Origin: Clostridiaceae bacterium
GTDB lineage: Bacteria; Bacillota; Clostridia; Saccharofermentanales; DTU023
NCBI GenBank assembly: GCA_012838795.1
Contig: DUOO01000003.1
Coordinates: forward strand, 69,663 to 133,662
Length of the DNA: 64,000 nucleotides
Direction: 5' to 3'
Shown piece after piece: positions 11,409 to 21,098 of the stretch; position 1 is the first letter of the stretch; every line of letters begins with the position of its first letter. The position numbers and the translations under genes were made by a program. The notes beneath the pieces are model-generated. The model searched no databases. It was not told where the DNA came from and saw only the letters and a list, made by a program, of their open reading frames with translations.

Positions 11409-13294
11409 TGCAGAATAATTCACAGGACCTTTTTTATCCGAACCATGTTTTAAGACAGGTAGAAAAACCGGCACAATACTTAGGACATGAATGGAATATA
11501 ATAGATAAAAGCGAATTTATGGATCATAGGCATCAAAAAATGCCTATGATCCGTTTTGGTTTTTGCTTTCCCGATATCTATGAAATCGGCATGTCGAATA
11601 TGGCTTTGCGCATTGTATACAACTTGTTGAACAGCAGAGCTGATACTTGGTGTGAACGTATATTTTCGCCTGCGAGTGATATGCGCGGTTTCATGCAAGA
11701 GTTAGAAATACCGCTTGTATCCTTAGAATCCAAAACACTTTTAAATCAATTTGATATCGTCGGTTTTACCATGCAATATGAAATGAGTTTCCCGACAATC
11801 TTAGATATGCTTAATTTGGGAAAAATTCCGATTCATAATTCTGCACGCAGCAATAGTGATCCGCTGATTGTCGCAGGCGGACCGATTGTCTATAATCCGG
11901 AGCCTTTAGCCGATTTTATTGATTTGTTTATGATTGGTGACGGTGAAGAACTGTTGGGGGAGTTGATCGATCTTTACAAAACTTGGGATCGTAAGGATGA
12001 AAGTAGAGAGTCTTTCCTGTTGCGTTGTGCGGAACTTGAAGGTGTTTATGTACCTTGGTTCTATCAACCGGAATATTATTCGGACGGTGAATTTAAGCAA
12101 ATGCATAAATTACATTCGACTGTACCCGGTCAGATTAATAAACGAGTAGTAAGAAATCTCAGCAAGGCTTATTTCCCGACTGAACCTATTGTGCCGAATA
12201 CGCAAATTGTTCATGATCGTGCTTATTTGGAATTGTTTCGGGGATGTCCGAGAGGCTGCCGTTTTTGCCAGGCGGGAATGGTTTATCGACCGGTTCGGGA
12301 GCGAGCTGTGGATCTGTTGGTTGAACAAGCCAAACAATTAATTGAATCAACCGGATACGATGAACTGGGTTTGCTTTCTTTATCGACCGGCGATTATTCC
12401 GAATTAGTACAACTGTGTGATCGACTTCTAGAATTTTGTGCCGAACAGAATGTCAGCTTATCTTTACCTTCATTACGCCTGGATTCTTTCAGCTTAGATT
12501 TAATGTCCAAAGCTGCAAAAACCAGAAAAACCGGCTTAACTTTTGCACCGGAAGCAGGCAGTCAGCGGTTACGAGATATCATCAACAAAGACATAAAAGA
12601 ATCAGATTTGTTAAAAGCTGCGCGAATTGCTTTCAGTGGTGGCTGGGATCGGCTCAAGTTTTATTTTATGTTGGGTTTGCCCTTTGAAACTGATGAAGAC
12701 GTTTACAGTATTCCTGAACTGGCAAAGAAGGTTTTGCAGATATACTACGATTTGCCGCCTGAACAAAGAAAACGAAAACCTCAATTGACAATCAGTACTT
12801 CTTTCTTTATTCCAAAAGCTTGGACTCCTTTCCAATGGTGCAGTCAAATTGATCAAATTGAAATGGCGGAAAAAAGAAAAATTTTAATAGATAATTTGAG
12901 GATTCGTACAATAAACTATCAATGGCATGAGCCGGACTTGAGTGTGACTCAAGGAATTATTGCCAGAGGCGATCGTAAAATCGGCAAAGTGATTGAAGAA
13001 GTATGGCGTACCGGCGGCTGGCTTGAATCTTGGAATGAATTATTTGTCTATGAACGTTGGCAGAATGCAATGGATAAGTATGGTTTATCTGTCGATTTTT
13101 ACACTTCCAGACAGAGATCGGCAGATGAAGTATTTCCTTGGGACCATATCAGTTCCGGTGTAACCAAACAATTTTTATGGTCGGAATATCAGAAAGCTGA
13201 AGCCGGAGAATTGACAGCTGAATGTCGGGAACAATGTCATTTTTGCGGAGCTCTACGATTTAATACAGGATTATGTGTTTCTCATGGAAAATAA
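11408..13294 (+). CDS. Radical SAM protein, TIGR03960-like (function unknown)
   Basis: 628-aa ORF with cluster motif CPRGCRFC. Its ATG shares one base with the pgi stop (TAATG). Size and layout match the uncharacterised TIGR03960 family. Confidence 0.8.
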   Translation: MQNNSQDLFYPNHVLRQVEKPAQYLGHEWNIIDKSEFMDHRHQKMPMIRFGFCFPDIYEIGMSNMALRIVYNLLNSRADTWCERIFSPASDMRGFMQELEIPLVSLESKTLLNQFDIVGFTMQYEMSFPTILDMLNLGKIPIHNSARSNSDPLIVAGGPIVYNPEPLADFIDLFMIGDGEELLGELIDLYKTWDRKDESRESFLLRCAELEGVYVPWFYQPEYYSDGEFKQMHKLHSTVPGQINKRVVRNLSKAYFPTEPIVPNTQIVHDRAYLELFRGCPRGCRFCQAGMVYRPVRERAVDLLVEQAKQLIESTGYDELGLLSLSTGDYSELVQLCDRLLEFCAEQNVSLSLPSLRLDSFSLDLMSKAAKTRKTGLTFAPEAGSQRLRDIINKDIKESDLLKAARIAFSGGWDRLKFYFMLGLPFETDEDVYSIPELAKKVLQIYYDLPPEQRKRKPQLTISTSFFIPKAWTPFQWCSQIDQIEMAEKRKILIDNLRIRTINYQWHEPDLSVTQGIIARGDRKIGKVIEEVWRTGGWLESWNELFVYERWQNAMDKYGLSVDFYTSRQRSADEVFPWDHISSGVTKQFLWSEYQKAEAGELTAECREQCHFCGALRFNTGLCVSHGK

Positions 13295-13961
13295 ACAGAT
13301 ATCTAATTATCGTTATCGTTTATATTATTCACGTACCGGAGTTCCGACTTGGATCGGACACCTCGATTTAATGCGTACGTTTCAATATAGTTGTAAACGT
13401 GCAAAACTGCCGTCGGCGTTTACACAAGGTTACAATCCCAAACCGATAATGGAATTTGCACTTCCGGCAGGGGTAGGAGTTGAAACCAGGGCAGATCCGC
13501 TGGATTTGGAATTGACGGAAAGAATAACGGCTCAAGAGGTTATACAACAATTGAATACTAAATTGCCCCAAGGTATACGGATTGAAGCAGCAACATATCT
13601 CGAACAGCCTGACAAGAATTTGATGAGTTTGGTTCAAGCTGCTGCTTATACGATAATTGCCGAAAAGCTGGGAACTGCAGCTGAAAAAGTAATCGTAGCA
13701 AATGATCAGACAATAATTGTCGAAAGAGTTCGTAAAGGCAAAAAACGTCGATATGATTTGCGCAAATTAATTATTGATTTACAAATTGTATCTCCAAATC
13801 AAATAAAATTTTTGTGCAAAGCGGGAAGTAATGCAAATCTCAGGCCTGATATGCTGTTGAAAGCTTTGTATGAAGCTGAAGAAATTACGAAAAATAATGC
13901 ATTAGATGCTATAATTATCCGAGATCGAGTTTTCCTGAAAAATGAAGAGCTGGATTATTAA
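13275..13961 (+). CDS. Radical-SAM-linked protein, TIGR03936/DUF2344-like
   Basis: 228-aa ORF overlapping the preceding radical SAM gene by 20 nt (alternative ATG at 13284). This is the family that normally accompanies, or is fused to, TIGR03960 proteins. Confidence 0.7.
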   Translation: MFLMENKQISNYRYRLYYSRTGVPTWIGHLDLMRTFQYSCKRAKLPSAFTQGYNPKPIMEFALPAGVGVETRADPLDLELTERITAQEVIQQLNTKLPQGIRIEAATYLEQPDKNLMSLVQAAAYTIIAEKLGTAAEKVIVANDQTIIVERVRKGKKRRYDLRKLIIDLQIVSPNQIKFLCKAGSNANLRPDMLLKALYEAEEITKNNALDAIIIRDRVFLKNEELDY

Positions 13962-13994
13962 AATAGATTGATATCATAATAATGGAGGAAAGAA

Positions 13995-16097
13995 TTGTCT
14001 GTTATCAGTATCAGGCTTCCGGGCTATTTCAAAGACAATATGGTTTTGCAGCAGGGGATAACAAATCGCATCTTTGGGCAAACAAAATCTAATGCGAAAA
14101 TTCGAATTTTGTTGGAGAGATATCCGGGAATAGATTCTGCGAAAAATAAAGAATACGGTATTGTATTTCAGAATACGGATGAATCCGATGCACGTGGTTT
14201 GTTCGGCTTCAGATTACCTGTATTGGAAGCTTCATCTGATTTTTATCGTTTGTCATTAACTGTAGAAAACACACGTTGTGTTATAGAAAATATTTATTTC
14301 GGTGAAGTCTGGTTAGCTTTAGGTGAATCTAATATGTCGATGCCGGTTCGTTATACCGATGTTAAAGCTTTGCTTCCGCAAATTTCCAAACAACGAAAAC
14401 TTCGGATTTTCACAATGGCTGAAGACGGTTTGGCCGATGATGAAGAGATGTTTTTATATAAACCGACTGCTCGTATCGTAAAAGGACAATGGTTGACTCC
14501 GAATATGGAAAATTTCTTGGATGTGTCTGCCACAGCCTTGGTTTTTGCTGCCAGATTGCAGGAAAGTTTAAATATACCGGTTGCAATCTACAATTTGGCA
14601 GCAGCGGATACGATGATCCATAGTTGGTTGCCGAGAGAAATTATTGAGACCAAACCTCATTTGAAACAACATGTGCTGGATTCGGGACATTATCGCGATA
14701 AATCAAATTGGAACGATTTATCTTCTGAATCGAAATCTTTCAGTCGAAAAAATCAACCGACAGTAATGTATAATCACAAACTTGCTCCGTTTACCGGATT
14801 ATCGATTCGTGGTATTATATTTTCACACGGTGAATCGGATGTTCATTTTCCCGAATATTATCTGGAAGCATTTAAGGAGTTTTCGACAGTATTATGTCGC
14901 AATTTTCATAGCTTCAAACGTGGTCCGTGTATGATTTACAGCCAATTGGCACCTTATTATTACAGTTCAAGTGACGATAAAGTATTAGCCTGTTTTAATG
15001 AGGCGTTAACAATAGCCAGACGCCAGCTGAAAACTCCTGCCGGTATGATTACTCTATATGATTTACCTTTAGATTATAATACCGAGGGCGACCATATTTA
15101 TGCCAGACCGTTAAATCCGAAAGCTAAAGCTCAAATCGGTGAGCGCATGTGTGATGTTGCAAAAGGTTTAGTTTATCATGCCGATATGCCGATTTCGGCT
15201 CCGGAAGTAAAATATGCAGAATGGATTTCAGATAAGTTAATTCTGAGTTTTGCCAATGTCGGAGAAGGATTAAAGTTACCGGAAGGTGATTTAACATTAA
15301 AAGGATTTAACATTTGCGGTGACACTTCAAATTATTTGCCGGCTCAAGCAAAAAAATTGTTCGGTATCAGAACTTTGGTTTGGCATCCTGAAATTAAAAA
15401 ACCACAGTCCTGTTCTTACGCTTTTTCCGGTTTTAATCAAGCTGCCAATTTGTTGGGCGGCAACGGTATGCCGATCGTGCCTTTTCGTCTGGAAAGAGAT
15501 TATCCGGAAAACTCTTTAAGTCAAATTTGGATGTATTGTGATCAACTCACAGGTTGGATTGTTCCGAAAAAATCAACTGATTATTCAAAAATGCCAAAAC
15601 AGGATCAACCGGGTTATTTTCCTTTATGGCAAATTTCTTCGGGGAAAGGCAAATTAAGTTTGGAAAAAAATAATAAACGCAGTAGTTCCGCTGCATTATA
15701 TTTAGAATATACCAAAGCTGATCAAATACCGATTATGTTTGAGCCTATTTTGCATTATGCTTCACTCTATCCGCCATTAAATTTAAGTTTTTGGCGAAGA
15801 TTAACGATTGAACTTTTTAATTCAGATCATCATGTAAAAAAAATCTTTTTGTTACTGGAAGATGAAGATGGAAATTCGGCCAGATCGATTCCTCATCAAA
15901 TAAAAGATATCTTGGCGTGGCAAAAAATTAGTTTTATAATTGACGAAATGCATGTTGATTTAAGCAGAATTAAGCGTTTGCAATTTATTGTACAATCAAA
16001 TTATTCAGATGGTAATTTAACTATAGATTCAGTGTTCGGTGAAGGCAGGAAAATTATCGTAAAGGAAGTTGAGGAAATTAATGAAGAGAATAGATAG
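13995..16097 (+). CDS. Cytoplasmic SASA/DUF303-type carbohydrate esterase (sialate O-acetylesterase-like) with a C-terminal region I could not assign
   Basis: 700-aa ORF with a TTG start after GGAGG. The N-terminus (LPGYFKDNMVLQQG...) and nucleophile block (VWLALGESNMSMP, 14322-14336) resemble the GQSNM esterase family. No signal peptide. Confidence 0.6.
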   Translation: MSVISIRLPGYFKDNMVLQQGITNRIFGQTKSNAKIRILLERYPGIDSAKNKEYGIVFQNTDESDARGLFGFRLPVLEASSDFYRLSLTVENTRCVIENIYFGEVWLALGESNMSMPVRYTDVKALLPQISKQRKLRIFTMAEDGLADDEEMFLYKPTARIVKGQWLTPNMENFLDVSATALVFAARLQESLNIPVAIYNLAAADTMIHSWLPREIIETKPHLKQHVLDSGHYRDKSNWNDLSSESKSFSRKNQPTVMYNHKLAPFTGLSIRGIIFSHGESDVHFPEYYLEAFKEFSTVLCRNFHSFKRGPCMIYSQLAPYYYSSSDDKVLACFNEALTIARRQLKTPAGMITLYDLPLDYNTEGDHIYARPLNPKAKAQIGERMCDVAKGLVYHADMPISAPEVKYAEWISDKLILSFANVGEGLKLPEGDLTLKGFNICGDTSNYLPAQAKKLFGIRTLVWHPEIKKPQSCSYAFSGFNQAANLLGGNGMPIVPFRLERDYPENSLSQIWMYCDQLTGWIVPKKSTDYSKMPKQDQPGYFPLWQISSGKGKLSLEKNNKRSSSAALYLEYTKADQIPIMFEPILHYASLYPPLNLSFWRRLTIELFNSDHHVKKIFLLLEDEDGNSARSIPHQIKDILAWQKISFIIDEMHVDLSRIKRLQFIVQSNYSDGNLTIDSVFGEGRKIIVKEVEEINEENR

Positions 16098-18756
16098 TAT
16101 TGAAAAGAATTTTATTCCACAAGATCGTGAAGATAAAATATATAATCTTTGGCAGGAGCAAGGGTGTTTCACGGCCGATCCGCAATCAGGCAAACAACCC
16201 TATACTATTGTCATGCCTCCGCCGAATATTACCGGTGTTCTTCATATGGGACATGCCTTAGATCTGACTTTGCAGGATACACTGATCAGATTCAAGCGAA
16301 TGCAAGGTTATGAAGTTTTATGGCTGCCCGGAACTGATCATGCCTCAATTGCTACTGAAATGAAAATTGTTGAAGAGATGCGCGAAGAAAACTTGACCAA
16401 AGATGATCTGGGCCGCGAAAAATTCCTGATTCGTGCTTGGAATTGGAAAGAACGTTACGGCAATCAAATTGTTGAACAGATTAAACGTATGGGTTCTTCC
16501 TGTGATTGGAGCCGTTTGCGTTTTACTATGGATGACGGATTATCGCAAGCCGTGGAATATGTCTTTATCAATTTATTTAAAAAAGGTTTGATCTACCGGG
16601 GCAATCGCATGATCAACTGGTGTCCGGTCTGTATGACTTCAATTTCCGATGCTGAAGTTGAACATCTGGATCGTCAAGATCAGTTCTGGCATTTGCGTTA
16701 CCCTTTGACTGACGGCAGTGGTTATTTGGAATTAGCAACTACCAGACCGGAAACGATGCTTGGCGATACTGCCGTTGCGGTAAATCCATCGGATAAACGC
16801 TATCGGGAACTGATTGGCAAAACGGTTCTGTTACCTCTGGTTAATCGTGAAATTCCGGTTATTGCCGATGACTATGTTGATCCGGAATTTGGAACCGGTG
16901 TTGTCAAAATTACTCCTGCTCACGATCCGAATGATTTTGAAGTGGGATTAAGACATAATCTGGAAATTATTGATGTTTTAAATGATGATGCAACAATCAA
17001 TGAACTGGGTGGCAAATATCAAGGTTTAACCCGTGAAGATGCTCGTACAAAAATTGTGCAAGATCTGCTTGCTCAAGGTTTTTTAGTCAAGACCGAAAAT
17101 ATTGAACATGCGGTCGGTACTTGTTATCGTTGTAATACTGTAATTGAGCCGAAACTATCTGAACAATGGTTTGTAGCGATGAAAGAATTGGCTGAACCGG
17201 CAATTGAAGCGGTAAGATCGGGAGAGATAAGTTTTGTTCCCGAACGGTTTAATAAAACATATTTTCATTGGATGGAAAACATCCGGGATTGGAATATTTC
17301 CCGTCAACTTTGGTGGGGTCATCGAATTCCTGCTTGGTATTGTGAAGAATGTGGTCAAATTACGGTTCCTCAACAACCGGGACAAGTTCCTGAACATTGC
17401 GATTTTTGTGAATGTACTGATTTGAGACAGGACGAAGATACTTTAGATACATGGTTTTCATCGGCATTATGGCCATTTTCAACTTTAGGCTGGCCGGAGC
17501 AAACTGCAGACTTGGAATTTTTCTATCCGACCGATGTTCTGGTAACAGGTTATGATATTATCACTTTTTGGGTTTCACGAATGATTTTTTCCGGAATTGA
17601 ACATACCGGTGAAATTCCATTCCATGATGTTTTGATCCATGGTATTGTACGTGATGAATTAGGACGCAAAATGTCGAAATCTTTGGGCAACGGTATTGAT
17701 CCGCTTGAAGTCATTGATCTTTACGGTGCGGATGCTCTGCGTTTTGCTCTGGTTGCAGGTGTTGCAGCAGGTAACGACTTGCGTTATCAAACCGAAAGGA
17801 TTGAGAACGGACGTAATTTCATTAATAAATTCTGGAATGCATTTCGTTTTGTGATGCTGAACATCGAAAATGAAATCAGTTTTGCCGATTTGGATATAGA
17901 TTATAATACTGCAGAATTAGCAATTGAAGATAAATGGATTTTGAGCAATTTACAAAATTTAATTAAAGAAGTTTCATACAATATGGAACAATACGATTTA
18001 GGAATAGCTTTAACTAAAATATATAATTTTTTATGGGATAATTTCTGTGACTGGTATATTGAAATGGTCAAAGCGCGCCTGCAAGGTGAGGATAAGCGTT
18101 CCAGACTGATAGCACAATCCGTTCTCAATTATGTGCTTTGTCAATGTATGGCGCTCTTGCATCCGTATATGCCATTTGTTACGGAAGAAATATATAAATC
18201 GCTTCTGCATAGAGATGGTTTATTAATTAAACAAGCTTGGCCGACCGTTGACGAAACACTGATTTTCCCTGAGGATGCTGCTCAAATGGAACTCTTAATT
18301 GAGGTCATTCATGGTGTAAGAAATGTCCGAGCTGAGATGAATGTTCCGCATAATCGTAAATCCGGTTTACTGCTTGTTGCTGAATCTGCCACGGTAGGTT
18401 CAACCTTTGAGAATGCGGCCAAAAGCCTGGAGAATTTGGCGAGTATTGACCAGGTCACAATACAAACCGATAATTCAGATATTCCTGAAACGGCAATTAC
18501 ATTACCGTTCAGTGCAGGAACTGCGTATCTTCCTTTGGAAGATCTGATTGATTTGTCAGAAGAGAAGAAGCGACTTGAAAGTGAATTAGAAAAATATCAA
18601 GCTGAGATCAAGAGAGCGGAAAATAAATTGGCAAATAAAAATTTTACCGACAAAGCACCGGAACAAGTCGTTGCCAAAGAACAACAAAAACTGGAAGATT
18701 ATCGTAATATGTATCAACAGACTGAAATCCGCTTAAATAATTTGTTCAGCGATTGA
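16081..18756 (+). CDS. valS: Valine--tRNA ligase
   Basis: HIGH-type motif (PNITGVLHMGHAL), KMSKS and a C-terminal coiled coil. The ORF track begins at TTG 16069, but ATG 16081 has GAGGA 5 nt upstream. Either start lies inside the preceding gene. Confidence 0.95.
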   Translation: MKRIDSIEKNFIPQDREDKIYNLWQEQGCFTADPQSGKQPYTIVMPPPNITGVLHMGHALDLTLQDTLIRFKRMQGYEVLWLPGTDHASIATEMKIVEEMREENLTKDDLGREKFLIRAWNWKERYGNQIVEQIKRMGSSCDWSRLRFTMDDGLSQAVEYVFINLFKKGLIYRGNRMINWCPVCMTSISDAEVEHLDRQDQFWHLRYPLTDGSGYLELATTRPETMLGDTAVAVNPSDKRYRELIGKTVLLPLVNREIPVIADDYVDPEFGTGVVKITPAHDPNDFEVGLRHNLEIIDVLNDDATINELGGKYQGLTREDARTKIVQDLLAQGFLVKTENIEHAVGTCYRCNTVIEPKLSEQWFVAMKELAEPAIEAVRSGEISFVPERFNKTYFHWMENIRDWNISRQLWWGHRIPAWYCEECGQITVPQQPGQVPEHCDFCECTDLRQDEDTLDTWFSSALWPFSTLGWPEQTADLEFFYPTDVLVTGYDIITFWVSRMIFSGIEHTGEIPFHDVLIHGIVRDELGRKMSKSLGNGIDPLEVIDLYGADALRFALVAGVAAGNDLRYQTERIENGRNFINKFWNAFRFVMLNIENEISFADLDIDYNTAELAIEDKWILSNLQNLIKEVSYNMEQYDLGIALTKIYNFLWDNFCDWYIEMVKARLQGEDKRSRLIAQSVLNYVLCQCMALLHPYMPFVTEEIYKSLLHRDGLLIKQAWPTVDETLIFPEDAAQMELLIEVIHGVRNVRAEMNVPHNRKSGLLLVAESATVGSTFENAAKSLENLASIDQVTIQTDNSDIPETAITLPFSAGTAYLPLEDLIDLSEEKKRLESELEKYQAEIKRAENKLANKNFTDKAPEQVVAKEQQKLEDYRNMYQQTEIRLNNLFSD

Positions 18757-18783
18757 GTTTATCTGTCCGGCGAAGAGTTGTGA

Positions 18784-18812
18784 TTGAAGATTTAGTAGTT
18801 TCATAATATAAT
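18784..18812 (+). promoter_or_regulatory. Sigma-A-type promoter for fba
   Basis: TTGAAG (18784-18789), exactly 17 nt, TATAAT (18807-18812). It sits about 70 nt upstream of the fba RBS AAAGGAG. Confidence 0.6.
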
Positions 18813-18882
18813 ATACATACTCACTAACTTATTGATTTTAAAAAGTTTAATAAATAATATTTTAATTTAAAGGAGAATTCAA

Positions 18883-19818
18883 ATGGCATTAGTAACAACA
18901 GAAAAAATGTTTAAGGAAGCATATGATGGTGGCTATGCAATAGGTGCTTTCAATGTAAATAACATGGAAATTGTCCAAGGTATCACAGAAGCGGCAAATG
19001 AATTAAATTCACCTTTGATTTTGCAAGTTTCTTCCGGTGCCAGAAAATATGCAAAACATACGTATTTGATGAAATTAGTCGAAGCCGCAGTTCAGGAAAC
19101 CGATATTCCGATTGCTTTACATTTGGATCACGGAGATACTTTTGAATTATGTAAAAGTTGTATTGACGGTGGTTTTACCTCGGTAATGATTGACGGTTCA
19201 CACTTAGACTATGAAGATAATGTTGCTTTAACCAAACGGGTTGTTGAATATGCCCATGCACACGGTGTTGTTGTTGAAGCAGAATTAGGACGTTTAGCCG
19301 GTATTGAAGATGATATTAATGTATCGGCTGAAGATTCAAGCTACACAGATCCGGCACAAGTTGAAGACTTTGTAACACGTACCGGTTGTGACTCATTGGC
19401 AATTGCGATCGGAACCAGCCACGGAGCTTATAAATTCAAACCAGGTAAAGAGATCAAATTAAGATTTGACATTTTAGATGAAGTGGCAAGAAGATTACCC
19501 GGTTTTCCAATTGTTTTACATGGCGCCAGCTCGGTAATTCCTGAATTCGTTGAAATGATCAACGCCAACGGCGGTGCATTAGAAGATGCGTTAGGCTGTC
19601 CGGAACCGATGCTCAGAGAAGCAGCTCGTGGAGCAGTTTGCAAAATCAATATTGACTCGGATTTACGTTTGGCCATGACAGCTTCAATCAGACGTGTCTT
19701 TAATGAATCTCCGTCAGAGTTTGATCCTCGTAAGTATTTAGGACCAGGCCGGGATGCCATTCGTGATCTGGTCAGACATAAGATTACCGCTGTTTTAGGC
19801 TCAGACGGCAAAGCATAA
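18883..19818 (+). CDS. fba: Class II fructose-1,6-bisphosphate aldolase
   Basis: 311-aa ORF with class II aldolase motifs (ALHLDHGDTFE, AIAIGTSHGAYKF, LVLHGASS-like VLHGASSV). Confidence 0.95.
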   Translation: MALVTTEKMFKEAYDGGYAIGAFNVNNMEIVQGITEAANELNSPLILQVSSGARKYAKHTYLMKLVEAAVQETDIPIALHLDHGDTFELCKSCIDGGFTSVMIDGSHLDYEDNVALTKRVVEYAHAHGVVVEAELGRLAGIEDDINVSAEDSSYTDPAQVEDFVTRTGCDSLAIAIGTSHGAYKFKPGKEIKLRFDILDEVARRLPGFPIVLHGASSVIPEFVEMINANGGALEDALGCPEPMLREAARGAVCKINIDSDLRLAMTASIRRVFNESPSEFDPRKYLGPGRDAIRDLVRHKITAVLGSDGKA

Positions 19819-19844
19819 ACGATCTATTTTGATTGCTTTATTAA

Positions 19845-19885
19845 AAGGATGTATCAGCAATAATGTTATACATCCTTTTTTTATT
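19845..19885 (+). terminator. Rho-independent terminator after fba
   Basis: Perfect 10-bp stem AAGGATGTAT (19845-19854) / ATACATCCTT (19868-19877), followed by a T-run. Confidence 0.85.
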
Positions 19886-20047
19886 ATATTAATTGAGATA
19901 GATAGGGCGGATAGAATATCAAAACTCAATACAATCCTGATTCAAATAATCTGAATTTGTGACAAACACACAAGCCGAGAACGTAAAGTTTGATAAAAAT
20001 GGCAATATGCATAATATAATAATTATGATATTTTATTATAAGGTAAG

Positions 20048-20068
20048 GTGGTAATACCACTCAACCAA
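20048..20068. promoter_or_regulatory. Candidate GntR operator, copy 1 (upstream of the regulator gene)
   Basis: GTGGTAATACCAC palindrome (20048-20060) followed by CAACCA. It has the same TGGTAA-N-ACCA-NN-TTACCA layout as copies 2 and 3. Confidence 0.55.
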
Positions 20069-20081
20069 TCTGAATAGTTAG

Positions 20082-20789
20082 ATGGTTAATATGGAATATA
20101 ATACAATAATCGATAAGAAGAGTGTCAGTCAACAGATAATAGATCTTATTTTACAAGAAATAATAGAGGGTAGATTAAAGCTGGGGGACAGAATCTTAAA
20201 TGAAAGAGAATTTGCCGCAGAACTGGGTGTATCCCGTGTACCTTTACGCGAAGCGATTTCGGCTTTATCACTATTAGGAATTCTTACACCGAAACAAGGA
20301 GAAGGTACTTTTGTAACAAATTTCAATTCAGAAAGATTCAGTAAAATAATTTTCGCAAACGTCAAACTTCAAAATATATCGCAACAGGATATATTCGATG
20401 TAAGAAAAGATTTTGAATGCAGTGCAGCAAAATATGCTGCTAAAAGAGCAACTAAAGAAGATATTAAAAAAATAAAGCACTATTATGATTTACATAAAAA
20501 AACAATAGATCAGTATCTTTCAGGAGAAGGAAATTTATTATCAGTAACAAAAGCAGATATGCAATTCCATGATGCAATTGCATCAGCAGCAAACAATGAA
20601 TTTTTTAAGCAGTTTGTGGATGCCCTGCACTATTCAATAAAGTATATGCATTCAATATATAAAAATAAAAAAGATGAATTGAATATATTTTCAACTCATC
20701 ATAAGAAAATCTTGGATGCAATAGAAGAAGGAAATCCTGATTTAGCTCATAAGAACATGTCGGAACATCTCAATACAATTGTTTTCTGA
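20082..20789 (+). CDS. GntR-family transcriptional regulator, FadR/FCD subfamily
   Basis: 235-aa ORF with an N-terminal wHTH (ERELAAELGVSRVPLREAISAL-like: EREFAAELGVSRVPLREAISAL) and an all-helical C-terminal FCD-like domain. An alternative ATG lies at 20091. Confidence 0.88.
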   Translation: MVNMEYNTIIDKKSVSQQIIDLILQEIIEGRLKLGDRILNEREFAAELGVSRVPLREAISALSLLGILTPKQGEGTFVTNFNSERFSKIIFANVKLQNISQQDIFDVRKDFECSAAKYAAKRATKEDIKKIKHYYDLHKKTIDQYLSGEGNLLSVTKADMQFHDAIASAANNEFFKQFVDALHYSIKYMHSIYKNKKDELNIFSTHHKKILDAIEEGNPDLAHKNMSEHLNTIVF

Positions 20790-20850
20790 TTAACAAATGA
20801 ATAATTAATTTTGATTGAATGAGAAATAAAGGTAAATATTTTTTCGACAA

Positions 20851-20871
20851 ATGGTAATACCACATTACCAC
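20851..20871. promoter_or_regulatory. Candidate GntR operator, copy 2
   Basis: ATGGTAATACCACATTACCAC. TGGTAATACCA is a perfect palindrome. A TATAAT lies at 20886-20891, just downstream. Confidence 0.55.
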
Positions 20872-20912
20872 TAAGAAAAGCAATATATAATCAAGAAAAG
20901 GGTTTAATATTT

Positions 20913-20945
20913 CTATTAATGGTAACACCATATTACCATTAATAG
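20913..20945. promoter_or_regulatory. Candidate GntR operator, copy 3, embedded in a 13-bp perfect inverted repeat
   Basis: CTATTAATGGTAA (20913-20925) and TTACCATTAATAG (20933-20945) are exact reverse complements. The core ATGGTAACACCATATTACCAT (20919-20939) matches copy 2 at 18 of 21 positions. Confidence 0.55.
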
Positions 20946-21098
20946 AATGTGACATTGCTGCTTTAATAATAAAAAAAGAAATGGAGGGAGAAGTAAAAAA
21001 CTGAATAATTGTAGGCAGGTAATTTTTTAACAAATTTTAGTTTGTTAAGCGGATGGATGAAACAAATTAAGTATTAAAGATTAGGAGTTTGAATTGTT

